A DNA stretch of 64,000 nucleotides from Minisyncoccota bacterium (GCA_041666545.1 JBAYGS010000001.1:153942-217941); one strand, 5' to 3'; counted from the first letter of the stretch, positions 1 to 9,629 are shown. The notes: generated by a model not told the origin, from the sequence alone. A program made the numbers and translations.

Positions 1-48
1 AAAGCAGTTTGCTCACTCATCCCGAAAGTCTCCGCTTCGCTCCGCTTG

Positions 49-119
49 TCGGGATGCCGGGATTTGAACCCGGATCGTACGAACCCGAATCGTACATACT
101 ACCGTTATACTACATCCCG
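49..119 (-). tRNA. tRNA-Pro (anticodon CGG)
   Basis: Cloverleaf folded by hand on the minus strand. Acceptor stem is 7 bp, CGGGATG/CATCCCG, with C1:G72 and discriminator A, which is typical of bacterial tRNA-Pro. Anticodon stem is TACGA/TCGTA with loop TTCGGGT (U33, anticodon CGG, G37). T-arm is CCGGG-TTCAAAT-CCCGG. CCA is not encoded. The D-stem is weak, with two G-U pairs. Confidence 0.75.
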
Positions 120-176
120 TTTCTTTCTTCTCCTCCTTATTTTCTTAACTACCAATCCCGACGTCAGAAGTCGGGA

Positions 177-206
177 CCCCGACCTTTGTCAGACAAAGCG
201 TCGGGG
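177..206 (-). terminator. stem-loop immediately after the stop of the 211..618 gene
   Basis: A ~12 bp inverted repeat, ccccgacctttg / caaagcgtcgggg (one bulge), lies 5 nt after the TAA stop. It has no clear U-run. It sits between that gene and the tRNA-Pro. Confidence 0.4.
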
Positions 207-210
207 CTAG

Positions 211-618
211 TTAGAGTCCCTTACAATTTGCCGCCTTACTGTACCCGGCCTCCTCGGCGGCTGCCACCGAGTCAAACCAAATTTTATTGGCCTCACTAAT
301 CTGACTGGCCCCGGCGCACCACGGAAAGTGATATTTAGTGCCAGACTTAGATGCTACCACTTTTCCGGAGCCTTCGGCAACTGAAACGGCCGCCAGATTT
401 GACGCTTTGACCGAAACTTTGCCACTCAAATCAGCCTCTGGAACTGCCTCCGTACCGTCACTTAGCCTGACCTTAACCTCTGGCCGAGTATCGTAGATTT
501 TAGAGAGCCGACCAAGCCCAAAACTGCCAAAAGCCACCAGAATAATAAGAAGCGAGATGAAGATTTCCCGCCTTTCCCCCACCCCCTTGATTTTTAAAGC
601 CATTTCCTTTATACTCAC
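211..618 (-). CDS. membrane-anchored protein with a C-terminal Ada-like Zn-binding domain
   Basis: An N-terminal hydrophobic helix (ISLLIILVAFGSF) is followed by a C-terminal KYHFPWCAGASQISEANKIWFDSVAAAEEAGYSKAANC. This matches the Ada metal-binding-domain pattern kYHrpdC...N..fF.s.eeAeaaGYrpC. The start codon is unclear: GTG at 618 or ATG at 603. Confidence 0.55.
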   Translation of the reverse strand: MSIKEMALKIKGVGERREIFISLLIILVAFGSFGLGRLSKIYDTRPEVKVRLSDGTEAVPEADLSGKVSVKASNLAAVSVAEGSGKVVASKSGTKYHFPWCAGASQISEANKIWFDSVAAAEEAGYSKAANCKGL

Positions 619-702
619 CTGGTTATTATATCAGTAATTTAGTGATTATTTGTAGTCTTTTTCCTTACCACTCACTACAAACTACTCACTACCAACTTCC
701 CC

Positions 703-975
703 ATGGCACATAAAAAAGCCGCCGGTTCAACTAAAAATGGTCGCGATTCAAATCCACGCTTCTTGGGCGTGAAGCTTTATGCTGGCGAAAGAGCTAAAAT
801 CGGCTCGATCATTATTCGACAAAAGGGCCGAGACACTTTGGCCGGTAAAAATGTCGGCGTCGGCAAAGATCACACCCTCTTCGCTCTTAAGGATGGCACA
901 GTTTCTTTTGGTACCAAGCGCCAAACCAAATTTAACTCTGATGTTGTCACTAAGCGAGTAGTAAATGTAAACTAG
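703..975 (+). CDS. rpmA: 50S ribosomal protein L27
   Basis: Translation [24 protein letters not shown]...GDHTLFAL is the canonical L27 sequence. Confidence 0.95.
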   Translation: MAHKKAAGSTKNGRDSNPRFLGVKLYAGERAKIGSIIIRQKGRDTLAGKNVGVGKDHTLFALKDGTVSFGTKRQTKFNSDVVTKRVVNVN

Positions 976-982
976 GTATAAA

Positions 983-1014
983 CAAAAAACTCCCCTAGGG
1001 GAGTTTTTTGTTTT
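983..1014. terminator. bidirectional rho-independent terminator between convergent rpmA and rplI
   Basis: Sequence aaaaaactcccctaggggagttttttg: a GC stem flanked by an A-run and a T-run. Confidence 0.8.
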
Positions 1015-1020
1015 CTGAAC

Positions 1021-1467
1021 TTAATTCTTCGGTGACACTTCAAGACTAAACTCCGCTTTCTTATCACCAACCGCAATTACCAATTTAAATTTTCCGACTT
1101 CCTTAATTGGCTTATCCAGCATCACATTCTCCGGCAAAAAGTCGACCTGCAAGTTATCTTTGAGAATTTTTACAATCTCCACCTTGTGAACCTGAGCAAA
1201 CAAGTGACCTTTCTCGTTGGCCTTCTCCTCAATTTTGATTGTCTGACCTTTAATTGAATTCAAGTCTTTGAGAAGCAAATTCTCCTGAATCTTTTTTTCA
1301 GTCTCACTCTCGGCCTTCATTGTCGCCAGACGCGCAAGTGCCTTGGGAGTAGCGGCCTCTGCCAACTGCTGTGGAATGAGCGAATTAATTGCAAAACCAT
1401 CGGCAACTGTTTTGACCTCAAACTTCTTTCCGACTTTCGGCACATCCTTCATTAAGATGACTTTCAT
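1021..1467 (-). CDS. rplI: 50S ribosomal protein L9
   Basis: MKVILMKDVPKVGKKFEVKTVADGFAINSLIPQQLAEAATPKAL... is the typical L9 N-terminal domain, and the C-terminal domain is also L9-like. Confidence 0.9.
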   Translation of the reverse strand: MKVILMKDVPKVGKKFEVKTVADGFAINSLIPQQLAEAATPKALARLATMKAESETEKKIQENLLLKDLNSIKGQTIKIEEKANEKGHLFAQVHKVEIVKILKDNLQVDFLPENVMLDKPIKEVGKFKLVIAVGDKKAEFSLEVSPKN

Positions 1468-1495
1468 TTTTTTAAATTAACTGCTGATAACTCTA

Positions 1496-2797
1496 TTAAT
1501 TGTTTAATAATTCAATCGCTTTATCCAACTGCACATCCTTGCCGGCCTTCACATCCTTCTCGGTCGGCTTGACCGCCACATCCGGTATCAAGCCATTTTC
1601 GGAAATTGATTTGCCGTTTGGAGTCAGCCACCTGGCAATCGTGACCTTAAACGAGGTGTCTGGAGTCAATTTTATCAATTCCTGAACTGACCCCTTACCA
1701 AAAGTTTGCTCGCCCACCAATTTGGCGACTCCATGCTCTTTTAGCGCCCCCGCCAAAATCTCGGCGGCTGAAGCCGAACCGCCATCAATCAAAATTGTCA
1801 TTTTCAGATTATCATTAAAGACATTGTAGCCTTTACTGCGATAAATTAGCGGTTCCTGCTTTTTGCCGAAATCTTCGCTTACTACCACCTTACCAACCGG
1901 TAAAAACCAGCTCGCCATATCTACCGCCGCCTCCAGGTAGCCGCCGGGATTGCCACGCAAATCAAGAACCAGTTTGTTGGTACCGGAGAGGGCGAACTCA
2001 CGAAGTGATTGGCGGAACAAATCGGCCGAATTAACCGAAAAATTGTAGAGTCGCAGAACAAAAACGCCATTTGCGAGAGTGCCGTTGCCTTGCGCATCAA
2101 CCGAGAGAGTACTTCTGACTTCGGTATCGACAGTTGGGATGTTGATGGTCTCGCGAGTAATTGAGAACTCCTTGGGACCGCCGTCGCCATTTCTCAAAAC
2201 CGTCAACTTTACGACCGTACCTTCTTTACCGCGAATAAGTTTAACTGCCTTCTCAACCGGAAAATCCGATGATAGTTGATTGTCAATTTTAATGATTTTA
2301 TCGCCCGGTTTTAGTCCGGCCCGCTCGGCAGGGCTACCTTTAAGTGGCGAAACTACCACCAGGACTCCCTCGCGAATTCCAACTTCCATACCAACGCCAG
2401 AGAAATTACCGTTAATTTCGCTTTCGAAAATTTTCGCGTCATCCGGCGGGAAAAAAACCGTATAAGGATCGCCCAAAGAGGAGGCCAAGCCCTGAATTGC
2501 ACCCCAAACCCGCTTTTGATTGCTGGTAGTCGTAGCCGCTTTACCCGTCGGCACAAATTTATCATCGATAGTTTTCCAGGCTTCCCAAAAAGGAGCGAAG
2601 TCGACAGCCTCCACCGAAGCTGAAGCCTCTTTGTTAATAACTGAATTAATTTGTGAAATTGCCGGCTGATTTTCCCGTCCAAGGTAAACTCCGGAGGCAA
2701 AGGAAATCCCTAATGCCCCGATTACAACTAAAGCAACAACAATTTTTTGCCAGTTTCGCATGGGCTCCATTATCTCAAAGCTAGTCGCCAGGAGCAA
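1496..2797 (-). CDS. C-terminal processing (tail-specific) peptidase, S41 family, with PDZ domain
   Basis: N-terminal signal-anchor. A PDZ-like region (LKPGDKIIKIDNQ) and the S41 core (LVLDLRGNPGGYLEAAV...ILIDGGSASAAEILAGAL) are present. Confidence 0.85.
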   Translation of the reverse strand: MLLATSFEIMEPMRNWQKIVVALVVIGALGISFASGVYLGRENQPAISQINSVINKEASASVEAVDFAPFWEAWKTIDDKFVPTGKAATTTSNQKRVWGAIQGLASSLGDPYTVFFPPDDAKIFESEINGNFSGVGMEVGIREGVLVVVSPLKGSPAERAGLKPGDKIIKIDNQLSSDFPVEKAVKLIRGKEGTVVKLTVLRNGDGGPKEFSITRETINIPTVDTEVRSTLSVDAQGNGTLANGVFVLRLYNFSVNSADLFRQSLREFALSGTNKLVLDLRGNPGGYLEAAVDMASWFLPVGKVVVSEDFGKKQEPLIYRSKGYNVFNDNLKMTILIDGGSASAAEILAGALKEHGVAKLVGEQTFGKGSVQELIKLTPDTSFKVTIARWLTPNGKSISENGLIPDVAVKPTEKDVKAGKDVQLDKAIELLNN

Positions 2798-2877
2798 GCT
2801 TTACGAACACTTGAAAGCCACATAAAAAAACCGCCACGACTTCAGTCGCAACGGTTTGGCTTTAACAAGAACTATAA

Positions 2878-4572
2878 CTATTCTGAGGACGGCAGACCTT
2901 GAGCCTTGCGAATTTTTAGATCAAGTCGATTCAAGGCACTTAAAATCGCCCTAATCGAAGCGTTTTCGCTGTTGGTATCCGTACCTGCTCCCCAGCAACG
3001 CCAACCTTTGGAATTTTCAATCTGAACATAGGCAATGGCCTCGGCACTCTCGCCGACACCCAGAGAATGTTCGTGGTAAGAGACAACAGTAAAATAATCC
3101 GCCAGGGCTTGAGTTAGCAGAGCTTGAACAAAGGCCGAGATGGGACCGTTGCCAGCACCGGTAACCCACTCCACTTTGTAGTCGTGAAGAATTTCGGCGT
3201 TGCAGACGCATTCGCCGTCACCTGTCGATTTAAACTTAACGAGCGACCAGGGATAATCGAGTGCAATGTATTCCTTATAAAACATCTCTCTCAATTCGGT
3301 CGGCGTCACTTCGCGCCCCAGAGAATCTACTTGGTCATTTGCGATGGGTCCAAACTCCCTCTGCATTTCCTTCGGCAAAAGTATGCCGAATTCTTTTTCC
3401 AAGAGGTAGGCAACCCCGCCTTTGCCGGATTGACTATTAACCCGAATGACTTCCCGATATTGCCGACCGATATCTTGCGGATCAATCGGTAAATACGGAA
3501 CATCCCAAACTATTCGACCATCCGCTTCGCGCTCCGCCAGGGCCTTTTTGATGGCGTCCTGATGAGAGCCACTGAAAGCCGTAAGTACCAGCTCACCCGA
3601 AAATGGCTGACGAGGCGGGACAAGCATGCCCGTACACTGTTCGCAAACCTGGCGAATCGCGCCAAGTTCACTGAAGTCCAAACCAGGGTCGATGCCGTGC
3701 ATCAAGAGGTTTAAGGCCAAGACCACAATGTCCAAATTGCCCGTCCGCTCGCCATTTCCGAAAAGCGTACCCTCGACTCTGTCGGCGCCTGCCAACAATC
3801 CCAACTCGGTAGCGGCAATACCCGTACCCCGATCATTATGTGTGTGCAAACTGATAATCAAAGACTCGCGCCATTTAATATTTGTGCACATCCACTCAAT
3901 CTGGTCGGCGTAAACATTCGGCATCGCAACCTCGACGGTCGACGGTAGGTTTAGAATCATCTTCCGCTCCGGTGTCGGCTGCCAAACATCCATGACCGCC
4001 TCAGCAATTTCTTTTGAGAATTCAACTTCAGTGGCTGAAAAACTTTCAGGAGAATACTGGAGCGTCACCTGGGTCCCAACAAGCAACCCCAACCGATTTT
4101 TTATCAGTTCTGCGCCATAGACAGCAAGCGCCTTGATTTCGGCCTTGGACTTGCAGAAAACAACCCGGCGCTGCGCCGGAGAAGTTGAGTTATACAGATG
4201 AATGATAACCCGCTTGGCCCCAACGAGCGCTTTGAAAGTGGCGTCAATCAAATCTTCGCGGGCCTGAACCAACACCTGAATGGTCACATCATCGGGGATA
4301 TGTCCGCCTTCGATTAGAAGCCGCGTGAAGCGATACTCGGTGTTCGAAGCAGATGGAAAACCGATTTCAATTTCTTTGAAACCAAGCCTAACGAGTAACT
4401 GAAACATCGCCAGTTTCTGGGCGACATTCATCGGCACCGGAAGAGCTTGATTGCCATCGCGCAGATCTACACTCGCCCAGATTGGCGCCCGTGTCAAAAC
4501 TCGGGACGGCCACTTGCGGTCAGGTAAGACAATAACAGGAAAAGACGCGTACTTGCCAGGTTTAATTTTCAT
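2878..4572 (-). CDS. leuA: 2-isopropylmalate synthase, long (LeuA1/actinobacterial-type) form
   Basis: RAPIWASVDLRDGNQAL, FPSASNTEYRF, HTHNDRGTGIAA and GNGERTGN match LeuA motifs and the C-terminal regulatory domain. Start is most likely the ATG at 4572 (MKIKPGKY). The ORF extends to a TTG at 4596. Confidence 0.85.
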   Translation of the reverse strand: MKIKPGKYASFPVIVLPDRKWPSRVLTRAPIWASVDLRDGNQALPVPMNVAQKLAMFQLLVRLGFKEIEIGFPSASNTEYRFTRLLIEGGHIPDDVTIQVLVQAREDLIDATFKALVGAKRVIIHLYNSTSPAQRRVVFCKSKAEIKALAVYGAELIKNRLGLLVGTQVTLQYSPESFSATEVEFSKEIAEAVMDVWQPTPERKMILNLPSTVEVAMPNVYADQIEWMCTNIKWRESLIISLHTHNDRGTGIAATELGLLAGADRVEGTLFGNGERTGNLDIVVLALNLLMHGIDPGLDFSELGAIRQVCEQCTGMLVPPRQPFSGELVLTAFSGSHQDAIKKALAEREADGRIVWDVPYLPIDPQDIGRQYREVIRVNSQSGKGGVAYLLEKEFGILLPKEMQREFGPIANDQVDSLGREVTPTELREMFYKEYIALDYPWSLVKFKSTGDGECVCNAEILHDYKVEWVTGAGNGPISAFVQALLTQALADYFTVVSYHEHSLGVGESAEAIAYVQIENSKGWRCWGAGTDTNSENASIRAILSALNRLDLKIRKAQGLPSSE

Positions 4573-4596
4573 AACAAGGAGTGGTTTCGGATACAA

Positions 4597-4906
4597 TTAT
4601 GTTGTTTTTCAAGGAACAGCCCCCCACTTTTTATCGAGACTCTAGTCTAGACAAAAATCAGCGTCTTCGGGTGAAGAGCTGACTTGTGTTCACAATCTAC
4701 CTTAATTCTCCTTGTCTACATTAACTAGATTTTGAATACGAGCAAACTCTCCACCGTAGGGAGGAGCAAGAGACCCGAGAGCAAACTCTTGTGACTCGTA
4801 TTATTCATAGCGACCATATTACTTCGACACTGAAACAATGTCAAGAAATCTGCAGCCAACTTCAATCGGACATAGCCTAACCTTAACGGGATGATATAAT
4901 ATTCCC
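4597..4906 (-). promoter_or_regulatory. ~310 nt leuA 5' leader with an attenuator-like hairpin plus U-run
   Basis: A long non-coding leader lies upstream of leuA. In mRNA sense there is a stem (cagcucuucacccgaagacgcug) followed by auuuuug about 90 nt before the start. Inverted repeats aatacgag/ctcgtatt and a direct repeat gagcaaactct are also present. Confidence 0.35.
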
Positions 4907-5827
4907 ATGATTAATATCTACACCTACAAAAAACTCAAATGGATTGACTTGGAGTCTCCGACCAAGGATGAAATTCGTTCGATTATGGAAGAGTACCGGA
5001 TTCACCCCCTAATCGCCGATGAATTGATCAATCCCAGCCTCAAGCAAAAGGTTGATCTCTATAAGGATTTCATTTATCTAATTCTCCACTTCCCCGCCCT
5101 GAAGCACAGTCACCAGAAAACTGCCGGCGCCAACCAGGAAATTGATTTCGTCATCGGCAAAGATGTCATTATCACCTCGCACTACGACACAGTCGACCCT
5201 CTCCATGAATTTGCAAAAATTTTCGAGGTCAACAGCATTCTCGACAAAAGTCATATTGGCGACCATGCCGGCTTCATTTTCTATCACATGATGAAAAGCA
5301 TCTATCGCGCCAGCACCAATGAGTTGGAGGCGATTGAAGACTCGCTCAAAGAAATCGAGACCCAGATTTTTGCCGGCGAAGAGCGCGCCATGGTTTTCGC
5401 TCTTTCCAAAATCAGCCGAAATTTGCTGAATTTCAAAACCACGATTTCACTCCATAACGACATTCTTCAATCCTTCGAAGCAGCCGGTAAAATATTTTTC
5501 GCTGGCGAATTTGAGCACTATCTTCAAGCAATCAGCAGTGAATATTTCAAAGTCGACAAGATTATCAAAAGCCACATCGAGGCTTTGGCCGAATTGCGCG
5601 AGACGAACAATTCCCTTCTTTCTACAAAGCAAAATGAAATTATGACAACCCTCACGGTCATGGCCTTCATCATCTTGCCTTTATCGTTCATTTCTTCGCT
5701 CTACAGCATGAACACCTCCTTTTGGCCCTTCGTTGGCGTGAAAAATGACTTCTGGATTATCTCCGGCACGATGGCAATAATCGGCATAATTATTTTCCTG
5801 GCCTTCAAGCGGAAACGCTGGCTGTAG
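4907..5827 (+). CDS. CorA-family divalent cation transporter (SMN in place of GMN)
   Basis: The C-terminus has two TM helices with YSMNTSFWPF between them, giving CorA topology. A TATAAT lies 6 nt upstream of the ATG, suggesting a leaderless-like transcript. Confidence 0.65.
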   Translation: MINIYTYKKLKWIDLESPTKDEIRSIMEEYRIHPLIADELINPSLKQKVDLYKDFIYLILHFPALKHSHQKTAGANQEIDFVIGKDVIITSHYDTVDPLHEFAKIFEVNSILDKSHIGDHAGFIFYHMMKSIYRASTNELEAIEDSLKEIETQIFAGEERAMVFALSKISRNLLNFKTTISLHNDILQSFEAAGKIFFAGEFEHYLQAISSEYFKVDKIIKSHIEALAELRETNNSLLSTKQNEIMTTLTVMAFIILPLSFISSLYSMNTSFWPFVGVKNDFWIISGTMAIIGIIIFLAFKRKRWL

Positions 5828-5901
5828 GCGCGAGGCGCGCCAGAATTAGGAATTGGAAATTATGAATTCAAATTCCTCACTTAATTCATAACCCATAATT
5901 C

Positions 5902-7275
5902 ATGATTCAACTCTACAACACTCTGACCAAGCAAAAGGAAAATTTCGCCCCGATAAAAGCAGGTGAAGTTTCGATGTATCACTGCGGACCGACGGTCTAC
6001 AACTATGCGCACCTGGGCAACTTACGCGCTTATGTTTTTGCCGATTTGCTGAGGCGAGTTTTCGAATATGAAAATTTCAAGGTTAAACAAGTCGTGAACA
6101 TCACCGATGTCGGCCAGCTTGTAAGTGACGCCGACTCCGGCGAGGATAAGATGACTAAAGCCCTGAAACGCGAAGGCAAGCCTCTGACCTTGGAGGCTAT
6201 GGCTGAATTGGCCAATTTTTACACCCAAGCCTTCGTCTCTGACCTCAGAGCTTTGAACATTCTCACTCCCGACTATCTGCCAAAAGCCAGCGAGCACATT
6301 AATGACGATATTGAGGTCATCAAAAAATTGGAGACTAAGGGCTTCACTTATAAAACCTCCGATGGAATTTATTTTGCTGTCGGCAAACTGCCAACTTACG
6401 GAAAGCTGGGTGGCTTAAATCAGGAAAATAAGCAGGCGCGAATTTCCGCCAATCTGGAAAAGCAGGACCAACGCGACTTCACCCTCTGGAAATTCGATGG
6501 CCAAATCGGGTGGGAAAGTCCTTGGGGCAAAGGCTTCCCCGGTTGGCACATCGAGTGCTCCGCCATGTCGGAAAAATATTTGGGGCAACCTTTTGACATT
6601 CACACCGGCGGCATCGACCACATTCCGGTTCACCACAATAACGAAATTGCTCAAAGCGAAGCGGCTAATGACAAACCACTCGCTAACTTTTGGTTGCACA
6701 GCGCTTTTCTCACCTTGGCTGCCGGCGAAAAGATGGCCAAGTCAGAAGATAATTTTTTAACTATCGATTCGCTCCTCAAGCTCAGGACCAGTCCCCTCGC
6801 CTACCGCTATCTGCTGCTTACCACTCACTATCGAAGTCCGCTAAATTTTTCTGTGCCGGTCGTAACAGCCTCCGAAGTTGCTCTCGGCCGTTTACGAAAT
6901 TTTGTCTCCGGGATCAAATCTGCCGGAAAAATTGAACCGAATTACCAAAAACAATTCAACGAATTTATTTCTGACGATTTAGACCTGCCAAAAGCTCTGG
7001 CCCTGGCTTGGGAATTAGTTAAAGATGACAAAATTTCTGCACCGGATAAAAAGGCCACCTTGCTTGATTTTGATCGAGTTTTTGGGCTCACTTTAGATAG
7101 AGTTGAAACTTTTGAGATCCCGACAGCTATAGCGGAGCTTGTCACAGAGAGACAAGCCGCGCGGGAGAAATCCGACTGGAGTTTGGCGGATCAATTGCGC
7201 AAGCAAATCGAGGATCAAGGTTTCGAAGTTTTGGACTCCAAATCCGGCCAGGAAATTAAAAAGGCCAATCGCTAG
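5902..7275 (+). CDS. cysS: cysteinyl-tRNA synthetase
   Basis: HCGPTVYNYAHLGN (HIGH-type motif), KMAKS (KMSKS motif) and the class I catalytic core are present. Confidence 0.95.
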   Translation: MIQLYNTLTKQKENFAPIKAGEVSMYHCGPTVYNYAHLGNLRAYVFADLLRRVFEYENFKVKQVVNITDVGQLVSDADSGEDKMTKALKREGKPLTLEAMAELANFYTQAFVSDLRALNILTPDYLPKASEHINDDIEVIKKLETKGFTYKTSDGIYFAVGKLPTYGKLGGLNQENKQARISANLEKQDQRDFTLWKFDGQIGWESPWGKGFPGWHIECSAMSEKYLGQPFDIHTGGIDHIPVHHNNEIAQSEAANDKPLANFWLHSAFLTLAAGEKMAKSEDNFLTIDSLLKLRTSPLAYRYLLLTTHYRSPLNFSVPVVTASEVALGRLRNFVSGIKSAGKIEPNYQKQFNEFISDDLDLPKALALAWELVKDDKISAPDKKATLLDFDRVFGLTLDRVETFEIPTAIAELVTERQAAREKSDWSLADQLRKQIEDQGFEVLDSKSGQEIKKANR

Positions 7276-7626
7276 ATCGGCCCTTAACTTACTCGCTTCT
7301 AGAGAACCTCCAAAGGATCAGGCTTTCTTGGCAGCTTGTGACCGGCGTGACGAACCTTGCGAAGTTCCAGACTCAACGCCTGCCAATCGGCCTGTTCTCG
7401 TAAGGCCTCGCTCGAGACCGCAAAACCACGTTTAGGTTTGGCTGTCCTACCAGTTAACCGCCTTTTGGGTTGTGAGCTCATTTTGGTCTCTCTTTCGTGG
7501 ACTGTTCTTCGCAAATAGTAGCACCCAGACCGCAGAGGTCAAGACAAAAAGCAATACACAGTTTGACCACAGTTTGTGCGATTTTTTGGATTGCGCAGTT
7601 TAAGGAACGCCCGTAGAATTAATCCA

Positions 7627-9021
7627 ATGCACGAGAATAATAAAAAATCTTTGCGAGTACCGCCACACAACCTCGAATCCGAGCAGGCGCTTTTGGGATC
7701 AGTAATGCTACGCCCGGATGCTCTAAACGAAGTTCTGGATCTCGTAAACGCCGAATCTTTTTACACCGAAAGACATCGTCTGATCTATGAGACCATGATC
7801 GAGCTCTGGGGCAAAGGCCAAGCCATCGACAGCCTAACTCTTTCCGCTCGTCTCAATGACAAGGGAGCTTTGGAGCAAGTCGGCGGTATGAGTTATCTTT
7901 CGGAACTCACCAACGCCGTCCCCTCATCCGTCAATGTCGAGCACTACGCCAAAATTGTTCAGAAAAAATATATGATGCGCCGGCTTATTCACGCCTCCGA
8001 GCAAATCGGCGCTTTAGGCTACAACGAGGAAAATGAGCTCGAAGAGATTATGGACGAAGCGGAAAAACATGTCTATGACATTTCCAACAACTCAAGCGTC
8101 CACAAATATATCACCATGGGGGATGCTCTCGATGAAGCTTGGGAGCGCCTCGACAAGCTTCATAAGTCCGGCAACGAACTGCGTGGCGTGCCAACCGGTT
8201 TTCCGGGTCTAGATGACAAATTAGCTGGCCTCCAAAAATCCGACCTGATTATTTTGGCCGCTCGACCGTCGATGGGTAAAACTTCGCTCGCTCTTGATAT
8301 TGCCCGCCAGGCCGCCATCACCCACAAAATTCCTGTGGCCATCTTTTCTTTGGAAATGAGCTCTCAGCAACTGGTCGACCGTATGCTCGCCGCCGAGTCC
8401 CGAGTCGACGCTTGGAAACTTCGCACCGGTAAGCTCTCCATGGAGCAAGACTTCGGCAAGATTCGAGATTCGCTCGCCAGCCTTTCCAAGGCCCCGATTT
8501 ACATCGATGACCAGGCCGGCAACAACATTTTGAAAATGCGCGCCATTGCGAGAAGACTTAAAAGCGAAAAGGGTCTCGGTCTCATTGTGGTCGACTACTT
8601 ACAACTCATGGTCCCGACCAACTCCCACAAGACCGACAACTTGGTCCAGCAAGTCACGGAAATCTCCCGTTCCCTTAAAAATTTGGCCCGCGAACTTGAT
8701 GTGCCGGTCCTAGCGCTTTCCCAGTTATCCCGTGCCGTCGAAGCTCGTGGCGGTAAACCTCGCCTCTCCGACCTCCGCGATTCCGGCTCCATCGAGCAGG
8801 ACGCCGATGTGGTTCTCTTCATTCATCGTGAACGCGAGGAAGACACTAGTAAGGGTAGCAAATCAAATGTGGCAGAAATTATGATCGAAAAACACCGCAA
8901 CGGGCCAACCGGCACAGTTCAACTTTACTTTGATGACCGCAAGTCCACCTTCCTAAGCGTCGAAAAATCTGACTTCGGCGATTTTGACACTGCCGGCGGA
9001 GAGGGTGCCTCAATTATATGA
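7627..9021 (+). CDS. dnaB: replicative DNA helicase DnaB
   Basis: N-terminal LESEQALLGSVM, Walker A ARPSMGKTSLAL, and DnaB C-terminal RecA-like domain motifs are present. The ORF extends upstream to 7576, but the ATG at 7627 fits better. Confidence 0.9.
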   Translation: MHENNKKSLRVPPHNLESEQALLGSVMLRPDALNEVLDLVNAESFYTERHRLIYETMIELWGKGQAIDSLTLSARLNDKGALEQVGGMSYLSELTNAVPSSVNVEHYAKIVQKKYMMRRLIHASEQIGALGYNEENELEEIMDEAEKHVYDISNNSSVHKYITMGDALDEAWERLDKLHKSGNELRGVPTGFPGLDDKLAGLQKSDLIILAARPSMGKTSLALDIARQAAITHKIPVAIFSLEMSSQQLVDRMLAAESRVDAWKLRTGKLSMEQDFGKIRDSLASLSKAPIYIDDQAGNNILKMRAIARRLKSEKGLGLIVVDYLQLMVPTNSHKTDNLVQQVTEISRSLKNLARELDVPVLALSQLSRAVEARGGKPRLSDLRDSGSIEQDADVVLFIHREREEDTSKGSKSNVAEIMIEKHRNGPTGTVQLYFDDRKSTFLSVEKSDFGDFDTAGGEGASII

Positions 9022-9629
9022 ACGCCATCGACAAATTAGTTGAAAAGTTTCGAAACTTTCCGGGAATTGGGCCCCGCCAGGCGCGTCGTTTCGCCTACTT
9101 CCTTTTAAGCCAACCGCCCACCGCCCTAAAAGAGCTCGCTTCACTAATCGCCGAACTAAGAGGCAACATTATCGCCTGTCAAAAATGTCAGCGTTATTTT
9201 GAAAAGGAGCGCGCAGGCAATCCAATCTGTAATATCTGCCGAGACAAAAATCGCGAAGCCGAAACTTTAATGATAGTCGCCCGAGATATTGATTTGGAAA
9301 GCATCGAGAAAGCCAACAGCTACCACGGCAACTATTTTATTCTTGGCGGCAACCTGCCGATTCTCGAACCGGAGCCCGAAAAGAAAATTCGTTTACAACT
9401 TTTGCTTAATCGAGTCGGATCCGAGCCGGCAATCAAGGAAATCATCTTGGCCATGAATTTAAACCCCGACGGCGAACACACCGGTGATTTTGTTGAGGCT
9501 GAATTGAGGAGAAACTTTGCCGACCGCGACATTAAAATTAGCCACCTAGGCCGTGGCCTCTCGACCGGTGCGGAACTCGAATACGCCGACCGAGAGACAA
9601 TCAAGAGCGCCCTCAAAAATCGCTTCTAG
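9018..9629 (+). CDS. recR: recombination protein RecR
   Basis: HhH N-terminus, C4 zinc finger (CQKCQRYF...CNIC) and Toprim domain. The start overlaps the dnaB stop as ATGA. Confidence 0.9.
   Translation: MNAIDKLVEKFRNFPGIGPRQARRFAYFLLSQPPTALKELASLIAELRGNIIACQKCQRYFEKERAGNPICNICRDKNREAETLMIVARDIDLESIEKANSYHGNYFILGGNLPILEPEPEKKIRLQLLLNRVGSEPAIKEIILAMNLNPDGEHTGDFVEAELRRNFADRDIKISHLGRGLSTGAELEYADRETIKSALKNRF

Noticed and set aside
9-299. Plus-strand 96-aa ORF at the window start
   Set aside because: It overlaps the minus-strand tRNA-Pro and a hairpin, and has no RBS or recognisable product. It is read as a spurious ORF in the tRNA/spacer region.
3017-3913. Several 60-120 aa ORFs on both strands inside leuA
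   Set aside because: They are antisense or out of frame with respect to a well-supported LeuA coding sequence. They are typical spurious ORFs in a GC-richer gene.
4878-4892. Possible solo MITE terminus (cttaacggga) upstream of corA
   Set aside because: Only 8 nt match the element terminus (taacggga), with no partner repeat or GGTC palindrome. It is too short to call.
4597-4906. T-box riboswitch upstream of leuA
   Set aside because: A leader and attenuator-like hairpin are present, but the T-box consensus (AGGGTGGNACCGCG) was not found on either strand, so no T-box call is made.
7299-7514. Minus-strand 60-71 aa basic ORF between cysS and dnaB
   Set aside because: It has only a weak A/G-rich RBS-like stretch and no recognisable family. 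It lies in a GC-rich intergenic spacer with overlapping alternative ORFs on both strands. It is kept as unlikely but not excluded.
7576-9021. Intein or large insertion in DnaB
   Set aside because: At 465-481 aa the protein has normal DnaB length and continuous similarity. No Cys/Ser…His-Asn splice-junction signature was seen.
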